The translations under genes were made by a program, and so were the position numbers. The notes below the pieces were generated by a model. The model did not search any database and had not been told where the DNA came from. It saw only the letters and a program-made list of their open reading frames with translations. Below are positions 13,915-27,475 of a DNA stretch of 64,000 nt, in pieces (within the stretch, counting starts at the first letter, position 1; every line of letters begins with the position of its first letter). Source of the stretch: Atractiella rhizophila (taxonomy: Eukaryota); NCBI GenBank assembly GCA_021432655.1, contig MU271180.1, positions 81,445 through 145,444 on the forward strand. Direction: 5' to 3'.

Positions 13915-14248
13915 TTCACCAGACCTGACTGATCTGGCCTCTCAACGCCTCGAGCAGGCTGCCGTAATTTTTTTTTGTGTACGTAATAACTGACGACCTT
14001 TGCTTCCCTCAACAACCGTGACGAGGCTGACCGGTAAGTTTTGTTCACGAAGGGTTGCAAGAGTCAAGCGTACGGGCTGCAGAGACGAGAACGGGGAGAG
14101 GGCAAGCCAGGGAGGTCGCAGGCTGGTCAGAGGAAAGCAGGTAACATAATCAGAGATCTTGAGTCCAACCTTAGTCACAGTGCAAAGCTTTCCATTTGCT
14201 GCCTTGCAAAGCATTCACGCATTCACCAGCATCTTTCCTGCAGAAGTC

Positions 14249-15053
14249 ATGTCAGAAGCTGAACCGGATTATGAGATGGAAGTTGTGGACGAGGTTGAAG
14301 GCATGGAGGCAGGACTTTCGACGACACCAAAATCGTTTGTCCTCTCCTCCTTCTCAGATCATAGCTAACTGTCCAAGAAGAAAGCCAGGAATTGTTTATC
14401 TTTCTCGCATCCCACCACACATGTCACCTTCAAAGCTCCGACATATTCTTTCTGCGTATGGCTCTATCGGACGAGTTTATCTCGCACAGAAGCAGTCTCC
14501 ATCCACTTCTAGCAAAGGCAAAAGCAAAACAAAGGCAAAGCATGCGGCACATATCTACGAAGAAGGATGGGTTGAGTTCACTTCTAAGAAGGTCGCAAAG
14601 TCCATCTGCGGCTTGTTGAATGGTCGGAACATAGGTCTCTCCTATATACATCCATTTATGAATTTGCTTATCTGGTTCGCGTCAGGTGGAAAAAAGTCTT
14701 CTCGCTTCCACGACGACATTTGGTCTCTCAAATATCTTCCGGGATTTAAATGGCCTATGCTGACATCTCAGATGGCGACAGAGAGAGCAGCACAGGCTGA
14801 TAAGCTGCGCTTACAGATCGAAAGCGGGAAGAGGGAGGAGACTCAATATCTAGAGCAAGTGGAAAAAGCTCGCGTCCAGAAACTCGCTCAGGAGAAGAAG
14901 GCGAAACGTAAAGGCACGGAGGAAGAAGCAGAGGAAAAAGACTATCCGAAGAGTGTGGCGGAGGTACCGAGCGTCAAACACAAGCACAAAAAATCCTCGA
15001 TCCGCGTAGGGAGAGAAGAATCCGACAAAACCCAGGTTCTCGATTTGCTATAG
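14249..15053 (+). CDS. ESF2: Pre-rRNA processing protein Esf2/ABT1 (RRM)
   Basis: KPGIVYLSRIPP, YEEGWVEF, GGKKSSRFHDDIWSLKYLPGFKW. Confidence 0.92.
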
Positions 15054-15480
15054 GTATCCGCTCAATCTGGGACAGAGTAGATTACCTGTTCCTCTACTAC
15101 ATGTGTGCAACCGTTATCCTCACATAGTCCGGACATGTGGAAACGGCCTGAAGCGAGTAGGGCTCCTTCCCTGATGCTTTTATACTTCAGCAAGCTGACG
15201 CTGGAAGAAGCTTCCTTTGTAGGGGGAACATTGAGTTATCTTGTGTGGTTGCGAATACAATTACTTCAAGTTCTGGAACGCAATCGATTACACGTTTACC
15301 AACCACTCGTGCGATGCACTTTCCGAATCCCAGAGCTCCTCTGCTCCAGCCGGGTGCGACATGCCAAACAAGAAATAGGCATCTGTGGGTCACGTACCCC
15401 CGAGGGCGAGAGCTCCCCCGCTTCTCAACGTCCCACTTAACCTCATCCATTCGACGAACAGAACCTGACAAACAGTCGAG

Positions 15481-18400
15481 ATGACAGATGTCGCAGGGAT
15501 TGTCCTCAGTGTCGTGACTGCATGGAAGACATGCATTGAGGTTTTCGACATTGTTCAGTCAGGACGCAATTATGGCATGGAATACCAAATCCTCCGAGTT
15601 AAGTTAGAGGTGGAAAGAATTCGGCTTATCATGTGGGGGGAGAGCCTTGGGCTAGCGGATGTGGATTCACTGGGCTCTGGCACATCTAGAGCGGCCGCCG
15701 TACTCGCAAGGGACGACGTGCGCGAAACAGTTTTACGCCTACTCGGCTGCGTACAGCATGCGTTTGAGAGTACACATCGGTTTGAGGAGAGGTACGGCCT
15801 AAGGCTAGTGACAACATTACCTCCCGCGATCCAGGATTGGGAATCGCCACCGCAGTCGCAGGGAATACTTGACGGTGTCTTCAAACGTGCATACGAGATG
15901 CTTCGCAGATCTGCGAGACAGAGACAACAGGTGACTCCGCTAAGGAAGAAAGCTTTGTGGGCCGTTTATGACGGGAAGAAGTTCAGCTCCATGATTGCGG
16001 AGCTGAAAGGATTCAATGACAACCTCCAGACATTAGTCCCTGATGTCGGAACAAAGACAATTCAGAACATCCGCGAAGAAATTGGTCAGAGTGAAGACAT
16101 TGGCGCTTTGCAATCGCTTTATGAAGCGACTACGAACGCTCACGTAGATATCTCGGATACTGCTAGTACCAGACTGACGGCTCTCGGTGCAACGACGGAT
16201 GCATCAGCAGACGCGAGGACAGTCTCTGCAGCTTCCAAAATTGTTGGACGAGTCGCCAACAACGCAAACGCTGAAGACCTAGAAGAATCAGACAGGCTAA
16301 CCGAAGAAATGGAAGCTGTGGAGGATTTTGTATCAAGAAGGATGGCAGGAAGTGTGAGGCTATCGCTGATCGGGCCGTGGAGGGTCAGCGCGCGCGTCAC
16401 AGCACACGCATACTGGGTCGGAGATCAGACTTCAGACACATGGCGAGATTGGAACGACCAATACAAGGGCTATGTGAAGACGTCACATGCATCCTTGTAA
16501 GCTGAAACCCCTTGTCAACGTTATGCAAGCATCTCACCGATCATTGCCTAGAAACCTTTACCACCGTAAAAGATATATTACGCGTTCTCGCAATGAATCC
16601 AATACTGACGAGGACGAAATTCTTTTCGATGTCGAAAGCCACACGAAATATGAAAATATCAACCCTGGAACCGTGACAATCGATGGGTATGGCATGGAAT
16701 GTTGGGACTACGAGGAACATTTGGGAAAACCGCGCGAGAAGACCGTGTTCATCTCACATGCACAACTTCCTGCAGTATCGGCCAAGAAACTTCTTCGTCG
16801 AATTGACGAACTAAAACGCGGTGGGCAGAAATTTGGTTGGAACCCCGAACGGGACAAATCTGATTTGGAAGAGTTCTTCGGCAATATGGGGTGATATGCT
16901 CCCAGTTTGCGTTGAAGGCAGGCCTAACATTGTTGTAGCGTCGTGTACACTGCCGCTGCGTCGAACGACCCGACCCTGGCTATTATCGACTTTTACAGTC
17001 AACTAAACCGGGTCGACATTTTTGCTGACTTTACAGCAAAGTCTAGCATCGCGACCCTATGGACAGCACCGGACGGCATAGGCATGTGGAATGTGCTGTG
17101 GCAGATTATCTTAGCAAAGGAATTGTACAGGCGATATACGGCCAACATTTCTGATTCCAGCTTTAGCGGCTTCACACCTAGGATTTTGGCAGCGCTGATT
17201 GTCCAAGACCTCTGGTTCCGCAATGTCGACCTAGTTCTGCGAAATGCGGCGATACGAACGGATGAGCTCAAGGCAGCAGGGACCGACGAAGAACGAGCGA
17301 AGGCCGAAGGTTTCAAGAGTAAGGGAAACGAGGCCATGCAGCAGAAGAAGTTCAAGGTTGCCATCGAACTTTACACTGAAGCGCTGAAGATTGACCTGAG
17401 GAACCCTATTTATCGCTGCAACAGAGCGGCGGGTTCTATGGCCCTCGGGAGGTACGATGACGCTGGCGAAGACGCTTTTATTGCGACACAACTTGACCCA
17501 AAATATGCAAAAGCATGGTCTCGGCTAGGTGCCGTGGAGCTCAAACTTGGAAACGCAAAACGAGCCCAGGACGCGTACGAAACAGCCATTACGGTAGCTG
17601 GCAAAGAAGCCACAATCTTGATGAAACAGGGCCTTGCCGACGCTAAAGCCATGATCGATGGAGAGTTGAAGGCGATTGACGATGAGAAGGACAAGAAGAA
17701 GAGAGATAGGCTACTGAAAGATTATCTCGACAAAGATTGGGATACTGCAGGACGCATTGTCGAGGCACATAGTAGCTGTTGGGAAGTACAAGTCGACGGA
17801 CTCCTCCACTTTGCAGAGCGTATGAAATGGCCTTTTCTCAACGAGACGCGTGACCACGCTGAAACAGCTTATGAAAACCTCCTCTCCGGCACTACTCTCC
17901 CGATAGACCTCTATGATTGGCTATTCGGCCTCACACTTCCTGGAAAGTGGATGTCTTTCAAAATCATGAGCGCGCTCATTATGTGTACTCCCACGCTGTC
18001 AGAAAAGCTAGGGATCGCAGCTTACTACGAATGCGGCCTCTCTCTTCCGCAGAAGTCATACTGGAGAGTAAGGACAATCCTTGGCCGTGTTCTTGGTTGT
18101 CTTCCAGGAGTAATGTCTCTCTGTGGATGGATTGGACCGTGCCCACCTGTCGAGTTTGTCTCCGTAGGCAAGGAAGCGATCAAAAACGAGCCAAGGCATG
18201 TCCGTATCAAGGCCAGGCGCGTCGCCCCAATAGAATATAATGCAGATCAAGACGACAACACCGTTTACATTGGGTTAAACAATTCTGTCGAATCGATCAG
18301 CATGCGGCCTGACGATGATGTAGCCACATACATATCACAGATGAAAGATATCGACAATTGGATTGTCCCAGAGTCACCTGTTCGGGAAATCAGTACAGTT

Positions 18401-18889
18401 ACTTTACAGTCAATCAAGTTGAAGAAGTTCCCCGCGGATGTCAACATCGCAGCCAGAATAGCTAACAAGTCTATCAGCGAGAAAGAGGCAGAGGACAATA
18501 CGCAGTATCGTGCTAGCATCCTCTTCAAGATAGACAACAATGAGGATCCGGTGACGTACACCCTTTACACAAACCCCATATTTGTGACGCCGCCATCGTG
18601 CCATCCTGGTCCAAAGGGCTTTCATGAGGTGCATATCCGAGCACTGGAAAAGTATCGGAAGAATATCTGGACAGTAGACCAGCTGAAGAACTACAAGGCG
18701 GAGGATATGGATGAAGATGTTATGGTTATCAATGCGACAGGAAAGGGTGCTGAAATCTTGGCCAGAGCATGGTGCTCGGAGAGAGGCAAGAATGCAGTGA
18801 TCTGTCGCCAAGGTGGTGCTTGTTATGTTTGTGGCTTCAAAGCTGCTTCGAAGTCAGGTTTGGGGACTGGTGTTCTCATATGGGTCTAG
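15481..18889 (+). CDS. HeLo (prion-inhibition and propagation) domain + TPR-repeat protein, ~1101 aa, 2 introns (16497-16551, 16891-16938)
   Basis: N-terminal GIVLSVVTAWKTCIEVF...VKLEVERIRLIMWGESLGL and KALWAVYDGKKFSSMIAELKGFNDNL fit the HeLo pattern. AEGFKSKGNEAM...YTEALKID...YRCNRAA...DPKYAKAWSRLG are TPR repeats. Both introns join the ORFs in frame. Confidence 0.85.
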
Positions 18890-19440
18890 CTGGATCTCGA
18901 AAGTAACTCCCTCTCCCTCTCCGTCTTGTTGTTGATCATGTTCAAACTACGAGTATTCCTCTGCAGTGATGTTCCATGGGATGGGAAGTGATGAGATGGG
19001 TTGTGTGACTTGTAGAAGTCGAGTATTCATTATCGACCAATCACCTTGCACTCTGTATTCTAACACCAACGCGAGACCGTAGCAAGCAAAAGTAAATCGA
19101 TGAATTCAACGACAAAGAGTTGCAAGTGACAGGATTGACATAGGCAGCAGGCGGGCTAAATTGAACAAAGAGAATATGACGGTGGAGAACGGGAAGAAGC
19201 AATGTATATGTTGTCGTTCCCACGCCTAATTTTTATGTTGATGCATAAAATATCGAAGAGTCATTGACTGTGATGATTTGAGAAAGGCAAAACGATTATC
19301 TGAGGGCCCTTTAGGCTTTTGTGCAAATTAAGGAAGCTGAATGAAATGAAACGGTACTCCATGATGAACTGATAAGGGAACTTTCCAGTAATTATAGAGG
19401 GCGAAAGAAAACGAGGCATCCAGTCCATGGTAAAGACACT

Positions 19441-22400
19441 CTACCGTCGTGATCCTGTCCTTCTCGTTCGTGGCAAGGGCCGCACTGTTCTTGCATCACC
19501 ACTGGGCGACTCACCCGCCCCCATATTGAACATTGATCCAGGCGAATTGGCTGCCGGGCTAAGAGCTGCAGCAGGGGAAAACGCTCCCCCACCGGTGGCT
19601 CCGAATGTGAAGCTTGGGGAGGAAGCTGACGGAGGTTGGTTGAAAGGAGACGGCGCTGAAGGGGAAGGAGCCCCGAAGCTAAATCCAGAAGGCGGAGAGG
19701 TGACTGACCCGTTCGTTGGCGGCCCGCCAAATTTGAACGGCTGATTAGAAGAGGTGGGGTTTCCGAATGGACTCGTAGCGTTGGGAGAGGCGACGAACGC
19801 GGATGAATTGTGAGCTGGCTGGTTCTGCGTGCCGAAAGGGGAGGACGCGTTGACGGGTTGAGAACCACCAAAGGGCGACGGATTACTTGCTGGCTTGGAC
19901 GCGTTCCCACCAAAGTTGAAGGAGAACGGTGAAGTCGGAGCTGGCGGGGCAGGAGAAGGATTGTTGTTACCCCCAAAAGTGAAGGGTGAAGTAGGAGCTG
20001 CACCACCGAAAGGAGCAGGCGAAAGAGTCGGATCTTTTCTGTCTTGCCCAAAGCTGAAAGGTTTTGGAGCTGCAGAGAAAGGTTGAGACGTTGTTGATGT
20101 GACCGCAGCACCGAAGCTGAAACCAGAGGATGCTGGCTGTGCTTTTCCAGCAAATGAAAAGCCGGGTCCATTGGCAACCGTCTGGGCAGCAGTGAGCAGA
20201 GGATTCGAGACTGCGAACATGGAAGGTGTTTTGACTGGCTCTGCAGGTGGAGTTTCGATGTCCTCCATCCCGACCGACTTATCGTTACTCTCACTTCCAT
20301 TTCCGTTCGTTCCGCTCACGCCAAACGAAAAGGGGGACGCAGTCGCTGTACTCGTAGCCTTGGGGCCACCAAAGGTGAATGCGCTGTTGTTGTTGGACTT
20401 TACGGAGGTGACCGCAGATCCATTACCAAAACCTGTTCCAAATGGACTCTTCGTAGAGGTATTTGCAGTACCAAACGTCATTGGAGCCGCGGTAATGTTC
20501 GTCGCAGGAGCGTCTGATGATGGTGTGCTATTGCTCCCGAAAGTGAATGGACTGGAGGAAGAAGAAGCCGCTCCGAACGGTTGTTCCTTTTTCTCCGCCG
20601 TTCCAAATGAGAAGGGCGGCTTGGAAGTCTCGCTACTTTGTGTTCCGAAGGCGAAGGGGCTGCCGGTATTTGCTGTCCCAGACGTTGAAGCTGGCGCGCC
20701 GAAAGAGAAACCGGGCTTTGACGACTCCGCTGGTTTCGGTTGATCGCCAAATGGGGCTGCAGCTTGGGGAGCATTCTTTTCCTCAACCTTGGCGCCAAAG
20801 GCAAATGCCGTTGGCTTTGGGGCAGACGTAACGGCAGTCTTATCGTCAGGTTTTGGGTCAAAGCCAAAGGAAATTTTCGGTGTCTCCTGCACTGTGGGTT
20901 TCGCGCCAAACGAAAAGGCTGGAGTGCTGGTCGAGTTGGTCGGTCTGGTTCTGCCCCAAATTGAAAGGGAGAACTTTTCGCTGTTGTGGTTGTCCCTTTC
21001 TCTTCGGCTGGGTTGGTAAAGGAGAAAGCTGGTTTTTCCGTATCTTTGACCGGCTGAACAAGAGGATTGTCCATCAGACGATTTGCAATGAAATAGAGGG
21101 AGCATACCTTTTCGGTGGCGGTAGGCAGGGAACCGAACACAAACGGTTTTGTTGGACTGTTCTGCGGCGTCGTGCTCTCTTCCTGCACTTTCTCCATCAC
21201 AGGAACGGCACCAAACACATTGTTGGAAGGCGGCTTGACAATCGGGGTTGTCAAAGGAGTGGTGCTCTCCCCTTTCTCTCCTCCTTTCTTCGGTGTCGCG
21301 TCCAAACCAAAACTGAATCCCTCGGGCACCTTGATCTCTGGCATCTTGACGCTGCTCAAAACGCTGTCGTCGACCTTCCATTCCTCCTCCTCTTGTTCCT
21401 TTTCCCGCTCCTTCTCCGCGAGCGCTCTCTTACTCTTCGGCGCAGATACGTGCATCCCTGAGCGATGCGTACGAGAGGGACGGAAGCTGGAAGTGGAGGC
21501 GGAGAGGGGGATGCGGCCAGAAGGAGTTGTGGCCAAAGGAGCAGGGCGAAGGATGAATGCTGGCGGGGGTTCCTCGATGGGTCGAGGAGGAGCGGGTGCT
21601 GCACGTGGAGGGGAAGGAGGGGGTGGCAACGGCGCCACAAAATCTTTCTCCTTTATTGTCGTTGTCGTCGTTGGTTGGACCGTAACTGGGGTGGCCGTGT
21701 CTTCTCCAGTCTTCCTCTTCTTCTGAGGGCTTTTATCCTTGCCCGTTCTCTTGGTCTCAAAGCCGAACCCCTCCTTCACAGGCATCAATCCTCCCTCACT
21801 CCCCTCACTCCCTTCACTCTCGCTCCTGTCTCTCCTCCTCTTCTTCTTCTTCTCCTTCTCCTTGCCCTGCTTTTCTTCCTCCTGTCCTTTCGGCCCTCCC
21901 GTTCGATCTCATAAACGACATCGTCATCCTCGTCCATTTCCATTTCCACCTCCCTGATCCTCCGCTCACTGGCACGCTTCCGGCGCCTCTCTTTTTCGAT
22001 TCTTGTCGACAGAGAAAGCGACGCATTACCGTTCGATACTGCCGGAGCAGAGGCATGAGATGTACGTCGACGGGCCCATGGGGATATTGAGCGGGAGTGA
22101 GGAGCGGAGTCGACGGTCAGGAGGGATTGCGACTCATCAAGGACGGGGACTAATCGACTTGATGGGAATGGCTGATTTGACCTTGAGATGGAACAAAACG
22201 GAACAAAGCAACAAGGAGAAAGGATGCGAACCTTACGCGTCACCGATAAGGGTGTTCTTATGCCTTCTAGCCTCCTCAGGATCCGTTCAGCTTCGTTGAC
22301 ATTTCCTGCCTCTCTCTCCTTTTCCCATCCATGTGATTACTATGCAGTCGAACAAGGGAGAGCAAATGCGTACCTTGACCTTCATCTCTTCTCTGCGCTC

Positions 22401-23000
22401 TGCCTCCCGTCTGAAGCCTTCTCCTTCTCCCTCCCACTGCATATCCCTCCCTGAGTCCCGGTTGCTGTTGCCAGCTGCACCTAATCCGTTCATAAATCCT
22501 GTGTTCCCACTACTTCCGCTCCACATGCCCAATCGGAAGGGGCTGTTCGCCATATCTCCAATAGTTGTCTTCTGCAACCCATTGGCCAGTCCACTTCTTT
22601 CCGGACTGGTGCTCCTCCATTTGTCCACTATCCTCGCATTCGCGCTCACGCTGTTATTCCTCGACAGCCTCTGTGCAGAATTTGTGGTGAGAGTAGAGTA
22701 GTCGGTGCGGTGCCTGGGCTTTTGAGGGTTGGGATGAGCAAAGATTTGACGCGCCACCAGCTTTTCGCGTTCGCTGATTCCGCCGCCTGTGATCCTTTCC
22801 AGGGCCGCGACTCCACTACCATGCGCACCGTTCGAACTCTGGCGGATTGACGGCGCGATGGCGAGTGAAGGGGCAGATGAGGCCGGCGATGGAGCGTCCC
22901 CTCCTCCCAAAAAGCCGAAGGAGAGCGTGCGGACCAGCGTGCTTTTCCAGCTTTTCCTGGTGTCCCTGTTCGCCTTCGCGGTGGAGTAAGGAGAGGCCAT
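19441..23000 (-). CDS. FG/FxFG-repeat nucleoporin (nuclear-basket Nup1/Nup153-like)
   Basis: Dozens of FSFG/FTFG/PFG repeats, basic C-terminus ARTVRPLPRTRRTGSRR; probable start MASPYSTAK at 23000. Confidence 0.8.
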
Positions 23001-23156
23001 CTCGCTGGCTGGTGAGTGGTGGACGGTTGTCGTGCTGAGGACGTCGTTTTTGGTCAAAACGTAACAAAGGTCAAGGGCATAGGGTTCCGGAGAAGGAACA
23101 AGAACAAACCGCAGCACGAAAAAACGTGACAACATAACCAAACGCGTCTAGCCCAC

Positions 23157-24925
23157 ATGCCTCGCGAGATACTTACCATCAGCGCCGGTCAGGCTGGGAA
23201 CCAGAGTAGGTCTTTATGTTTCTGAAAGATCGGCTGAAATGATGGTGCAACAGTTGGCAGCGAATTCTGGCGACAGCTCTGTCTGGAGCATGGCATTTCA
23301 CCAAGTGGTACACTAGAGGATCTTCCAGCCGATGTCTCAGCGGGAAGTGGGAGCAGTTTGGCACAAGGAGATCGAAAAGACGTCTTCTTTTACCAAGCGG
23401 ACGATGATCACTACGTTCCACGCTCCATTCTAGTGGACCTTGAACCAAGGGTGCGCTGTTGCTTCTCTCAACTCCACCTGGGTATGATGTTGAAGACCGC
23501 TGGCGTGAAGGTCATAAATGCTATCTTATCTAGTCCTTACCGCTCTCTATATAATCCTGAAAACATATACTTGAGCAAAGACGGCGGAGGCGCTGGAAAC
23601 AACTGGGCAGCGGGGTACGTTGCTCTTCTCTTGCCCACATGTTTCTAAAGGGACGCGCAGATATTCAGCAGCTGAAAAGATTTATGAAGAGGTGATGGAG
23701 ATGATTGATCGTGAAGCGGATGGGTCGGATTCTCTTGAGGTAGGACACTCACCCTGCTTCAAACCCTCAAGTCAAATTGATGATATAGGGATTCATGCTG
23801 CTCCATTCCATCGCAGGAGGCACTGGTTCTGGTCTTGGCTCTCATATCCTTGAACGACTGTCAGATCGATACCCCAAGAAGCTGATTCAGACCTATTCCA
23901 TTTTCCCTAATAATCTCGAAGGTATGTAGTACTCCTTCACATCAGTGTGATGTTGCTGATGCCCAGGCTGCAGGAAACAGTGACGTGGTCGTCCAGCCTT
24001 ACAACTCGCTCCTTACTCTTCGCCGTCTCACCGAACACGCCGATTCCGTCGTGGTTCTTGACAACGCTGCGCTAGCACGAATCGCTTCTGATCGTCTGAA
24101 GGTGGAGGAACAAACATTCAAACAGACCAACCAGCTTGTTCGCTCTCTCTTTCCTGTCTCCAAACCAAGCAGGAATGACGATGGAGCGGTGTAGGTCTCA
24201 ACTGTTATGTCGGCCTCGACGAATCCTCTCCGTTTCCCAGGGTACATGAACAACGATCTTGTAGGCATGGTCGCCTCCCTCATCCCTACGCCTCGATGTC
24301 ACTTCCTCATGACTGCATACACACCTTTTACTTCTGATTCACTCGACAAAGCCAAGAGCACACGGAAGACGACTGTTCTTGATGTGATGCGCCGTCTCCT
24401 CCAACCTAAGAATCGCATGGTTTCTACTCCGCCTACAAGCAGCAAGACCAGCTGTTACATCAGTATCCTCGATATCATACAGGGGGACGTAGATCCAACA
24501 GACGTGCGTTCCCATCCTATCCCACGTTTGACGCGAACCGGAGCTGACGAGCGCCGTGTTGACAGGTGCACAAATCTCTCCTACGAATTCGAGAGCGCTC
24601 TCTCGCCAATTTCATCCCCTGGGGTCCCGCATCTATCCAAGTTGCACTGTCCAAGCGCTCCCCTTACATCCAAACCGGCAACCGCGTCTCTGGCCTCATG
24701 TTAGCGAACCACACGAGCATTTCTTCCCTCTTCAAGCGCGTGTTGGATCAGTATACGCAATTGAGGAAGAGAAACGCCTTTTTGGAGGCGTACAAGAGGG
24801 AACCCATCTTTGGAAGCGATTTGGGCGAATTTGATCAGTCGAAGAACGTGGTACAGGACTTGTTGGATGAGTATATGGCCTGTGAGAGGGCGGATTATAT
24901 CGACTATGGAGCTGGAGATGATTAA
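23157..24925 (+). CDS. TUB4: Gamma-tubulin
   Basis: [77 protein letters not shown]. Confidence 0.96.
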
Positions 24926-25216
24926 GTCCAGCCATGCGTTTGTTCCTGCGCTTTTCGGCGCCATTACTGCAGTTGTGTATCATTCAGGGGAGGCACAGTT
25001 CGAGTTTCTAGTATGTAACATCTGGTTGTCCATTGTGACGAATGCATTACTGTTTGTTTCATCTACTTATTCACATTGTAAACCAAGGGCACGGCAAGAT
25101 AATTATACAAGGTACTGAGACTTAGAACTGAACTTCTCTCAAAGAGAGCATCCAGGAGTAGGAGGTCCATCATCAAGATACATCACGTCGCATCAAGTCC
25201 TTTGAGCGCTTCGTCG

Positions 25217-25698
25217 TCATTGATAGGATGGATTGTACCCCTCCTTTCGTGCTGCTGGCGGAGGTTGAGCGAACTGAGCGGCCGGGTTCCACGAGACTTG
25301 TTGCGGTTGGAATTGTGCATCCTTCGGCCCAGACCACTGGCAAATGCCGCACTGGAAGGATTCATCGTCAGCCTGAGAGCTTCGAAGGGGTGACGGGTGG
25401 AAAGACGCACAAACCAGATTTCCTTCTTTCCCAGTGGTAGGATAGGGATCCAACACAGCTCGAACCGTCGTTTGGAGGTGGCAGGGACACAGGAGGCGTT
25501 GTGGCATCGCTGGAGGAGAAAGGGGCGTGAACGAAATTGAAGTGAACGAACGGGAATTTGAAGGCGTGGATTCATCAGATTTCTTGACTGGCAATGGAAG
25601 GAAAGAGGACGAACAGGGCAGACTCTCGTCTCGCTCGAAGACTGAGAAATCTTGGTTGGACAACCGAAAACGATAGGAATGAAGAAACAGAAATCCAT
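25217..25698 (-). CDS. Small zinc-ribbon protein (3 exons)
   Basis: Spliced reading MDFCFFIPIVFGCPTKI...VCP|RCHNAS...FELCWIPILPL...|CGICQW, i.e. CxxC...CxxC around a hydrophobic FELxWIPxxP stretch. Confidence 0.65.
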
Positions 25699-26242
25699 CT
25701 CCTATTTGATCGACGGTTCAGTTCTTGATGAGAGCAGCAATCTTCAGAGGGGACTCGGGGGCGACAATTGGAGTGTGCTGATACTGGAGTATAAGAGGGG
25801 GGACTACGTGACTTGTGATCGTTCTGGTCGTTTTTCTCGCAAGGCTGATGCTCTTTTATGCAAAGCAAATCAGGTGCTTGGAACAGCGTGCCGCGCCGAT
25901 TCACGCGCCACAAGATGGAGTTGATGCGAGATTTCGTGTCGGATGAGTGGCGAGAAGGGTAACTAATGTATTGTCATGCATTCCGAGATTCGGACGTGCG
26001 CTTGGAATTCGCGAAGCGGGACTGCAAAGCTGGAAGTTGCAGCTTGCAGCACAACTGGCTTTATCGAAATTCTGCAAGGTGTTCCTTTTGACTTCTGAAA
26101 GGTGATCGGTAGAACACATAATCTCATTGTGTGAAAGCTGATTGTGTTGACCGCTTCCCCGGACATGGAAGGATTGTAGCACGCTCATGCAAAGGAAGGA
26201 TTAGCCTGAAGAAGCTGCTGAACACATTGAGAAAGCATGTCG

Positions 26243-27057
26243 TTACGTTTCATCGTTATTTTTATCCAATTTTCGCAAAAGCAACTCCATCTCCTCTCCC
26301 TCCACCTCTTCAACTCCATCCCCCAAACCTTCTTCCTCGATCTCCTTCTTCCCAAACGATCCTGTAAACTGAGCCAACTTCAGCTTCTTATAGCTTCTGT
26401 GTCCATAGACGTGAGGTTCGGAAGACCGACGCTTGTGACTTCGTTGTGAGGAATGATCTGAGGGTGGAGGAGTCTCCTCATTGAGGGACAGAGAGTTAGC
26501 TCTCACCTTGACCGGGATGACCACCTGAGGACGGGCTGACGAAATAGATGGAGAGGTGGGGCTTGACGGCGTGATAGTTTTCGATACGGCAGGAAGATCC
26601 GGTGAAGGCACATTCTGAACAACGTCCACCTTTGGCAGAGCAGGTTTAAATTTCGATTTTGCTTGTTCGTGCGAAATATTGCGGGCTGAAATGCTTCTGG
26701 TCCGGCTTTCCTCTTCTTCGTCCTCCTCCTCCCTGTTATCGACCTGCTCCTCTTCTTTCTTTCGCCTTTTCACCAACTTGTTCAGTGCTGGGTCATGCTT
26801 CTTGTATCCCTCCGACCCCTTTGCAGGAGGTTCAGCACCCAATCCGTATTTTGCGTACCTATTTTGGAATTAGATTGTAGGGACAGAAACGAGTGGTGCA
26901 CTCACTCAGGGTTGTTTCTGAAATATTTCGCATCCGTCAGATTAACGAAATTTGAAGATGTCGATGTCGAAGCTATAGGTAGAGGTGGGATGAGCATGTC
27001 CAGTTCGGCTTGGAAAGCGTATGGATCCCAATGCTCGTCATCGTCGTATTTTGACAT
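26243..27057 (-). CDS. Hypothetical charged, probably nuclear protein
   Basis: MSKYDDDEHWDPY... exon followed by an LGAEPP...VKRRKKEEE...EEESRTRSI ORF; 3' end uncertain. Confidence 0.45.
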
Positions 27058-27475
27058 GCTGAAGTTTGTGCTGCACCAATCGATTAAGGTAAATATTTCT
27101 GAATTAGTTCGTTGCATATCGAAAGAAATTGAAACCTCGCACGCTCGTTGCTTAAAAAAAAACAGAACTTTCAGGTCAACAGCTACACTGTTGAAGCTGA
27201 GCAATTCACTTCATGTATTGTCCCATAGAAATATGTTTCAATCAGACTGCATCCCTCTTGAACCTGAAGACAGCTTTTCATAGCTTTCTGTTACGAATAA
27301 ATGATTTGCCTTTTCGCATAGTGTCCATATCCATCAAGTCTGAATGACCACTGTTGAAATTTTGGGTTTCATAAAGCGAACCGCTCACCTCAAAGTGCTT
27401 TCTATCACGCTTAACCGAAATGTAGACTTTGTTGGAATAAGGTTTGCCAAAACAAGCAACTTTTGAGCAAGTCCA

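Noticed and set aside
18730..18760. NATGKGA as a P-loop in the HeLo-TPR protein
   Set aside because: Does not fit GxxxxGK[ST] and lies too near the C-terminus for an NTPase domain.
20099..21726. Long + strand ORFs opposite the nucleoporin
   Set aside because: Antisense shadows of a low-complexity, GC-rich CDS.
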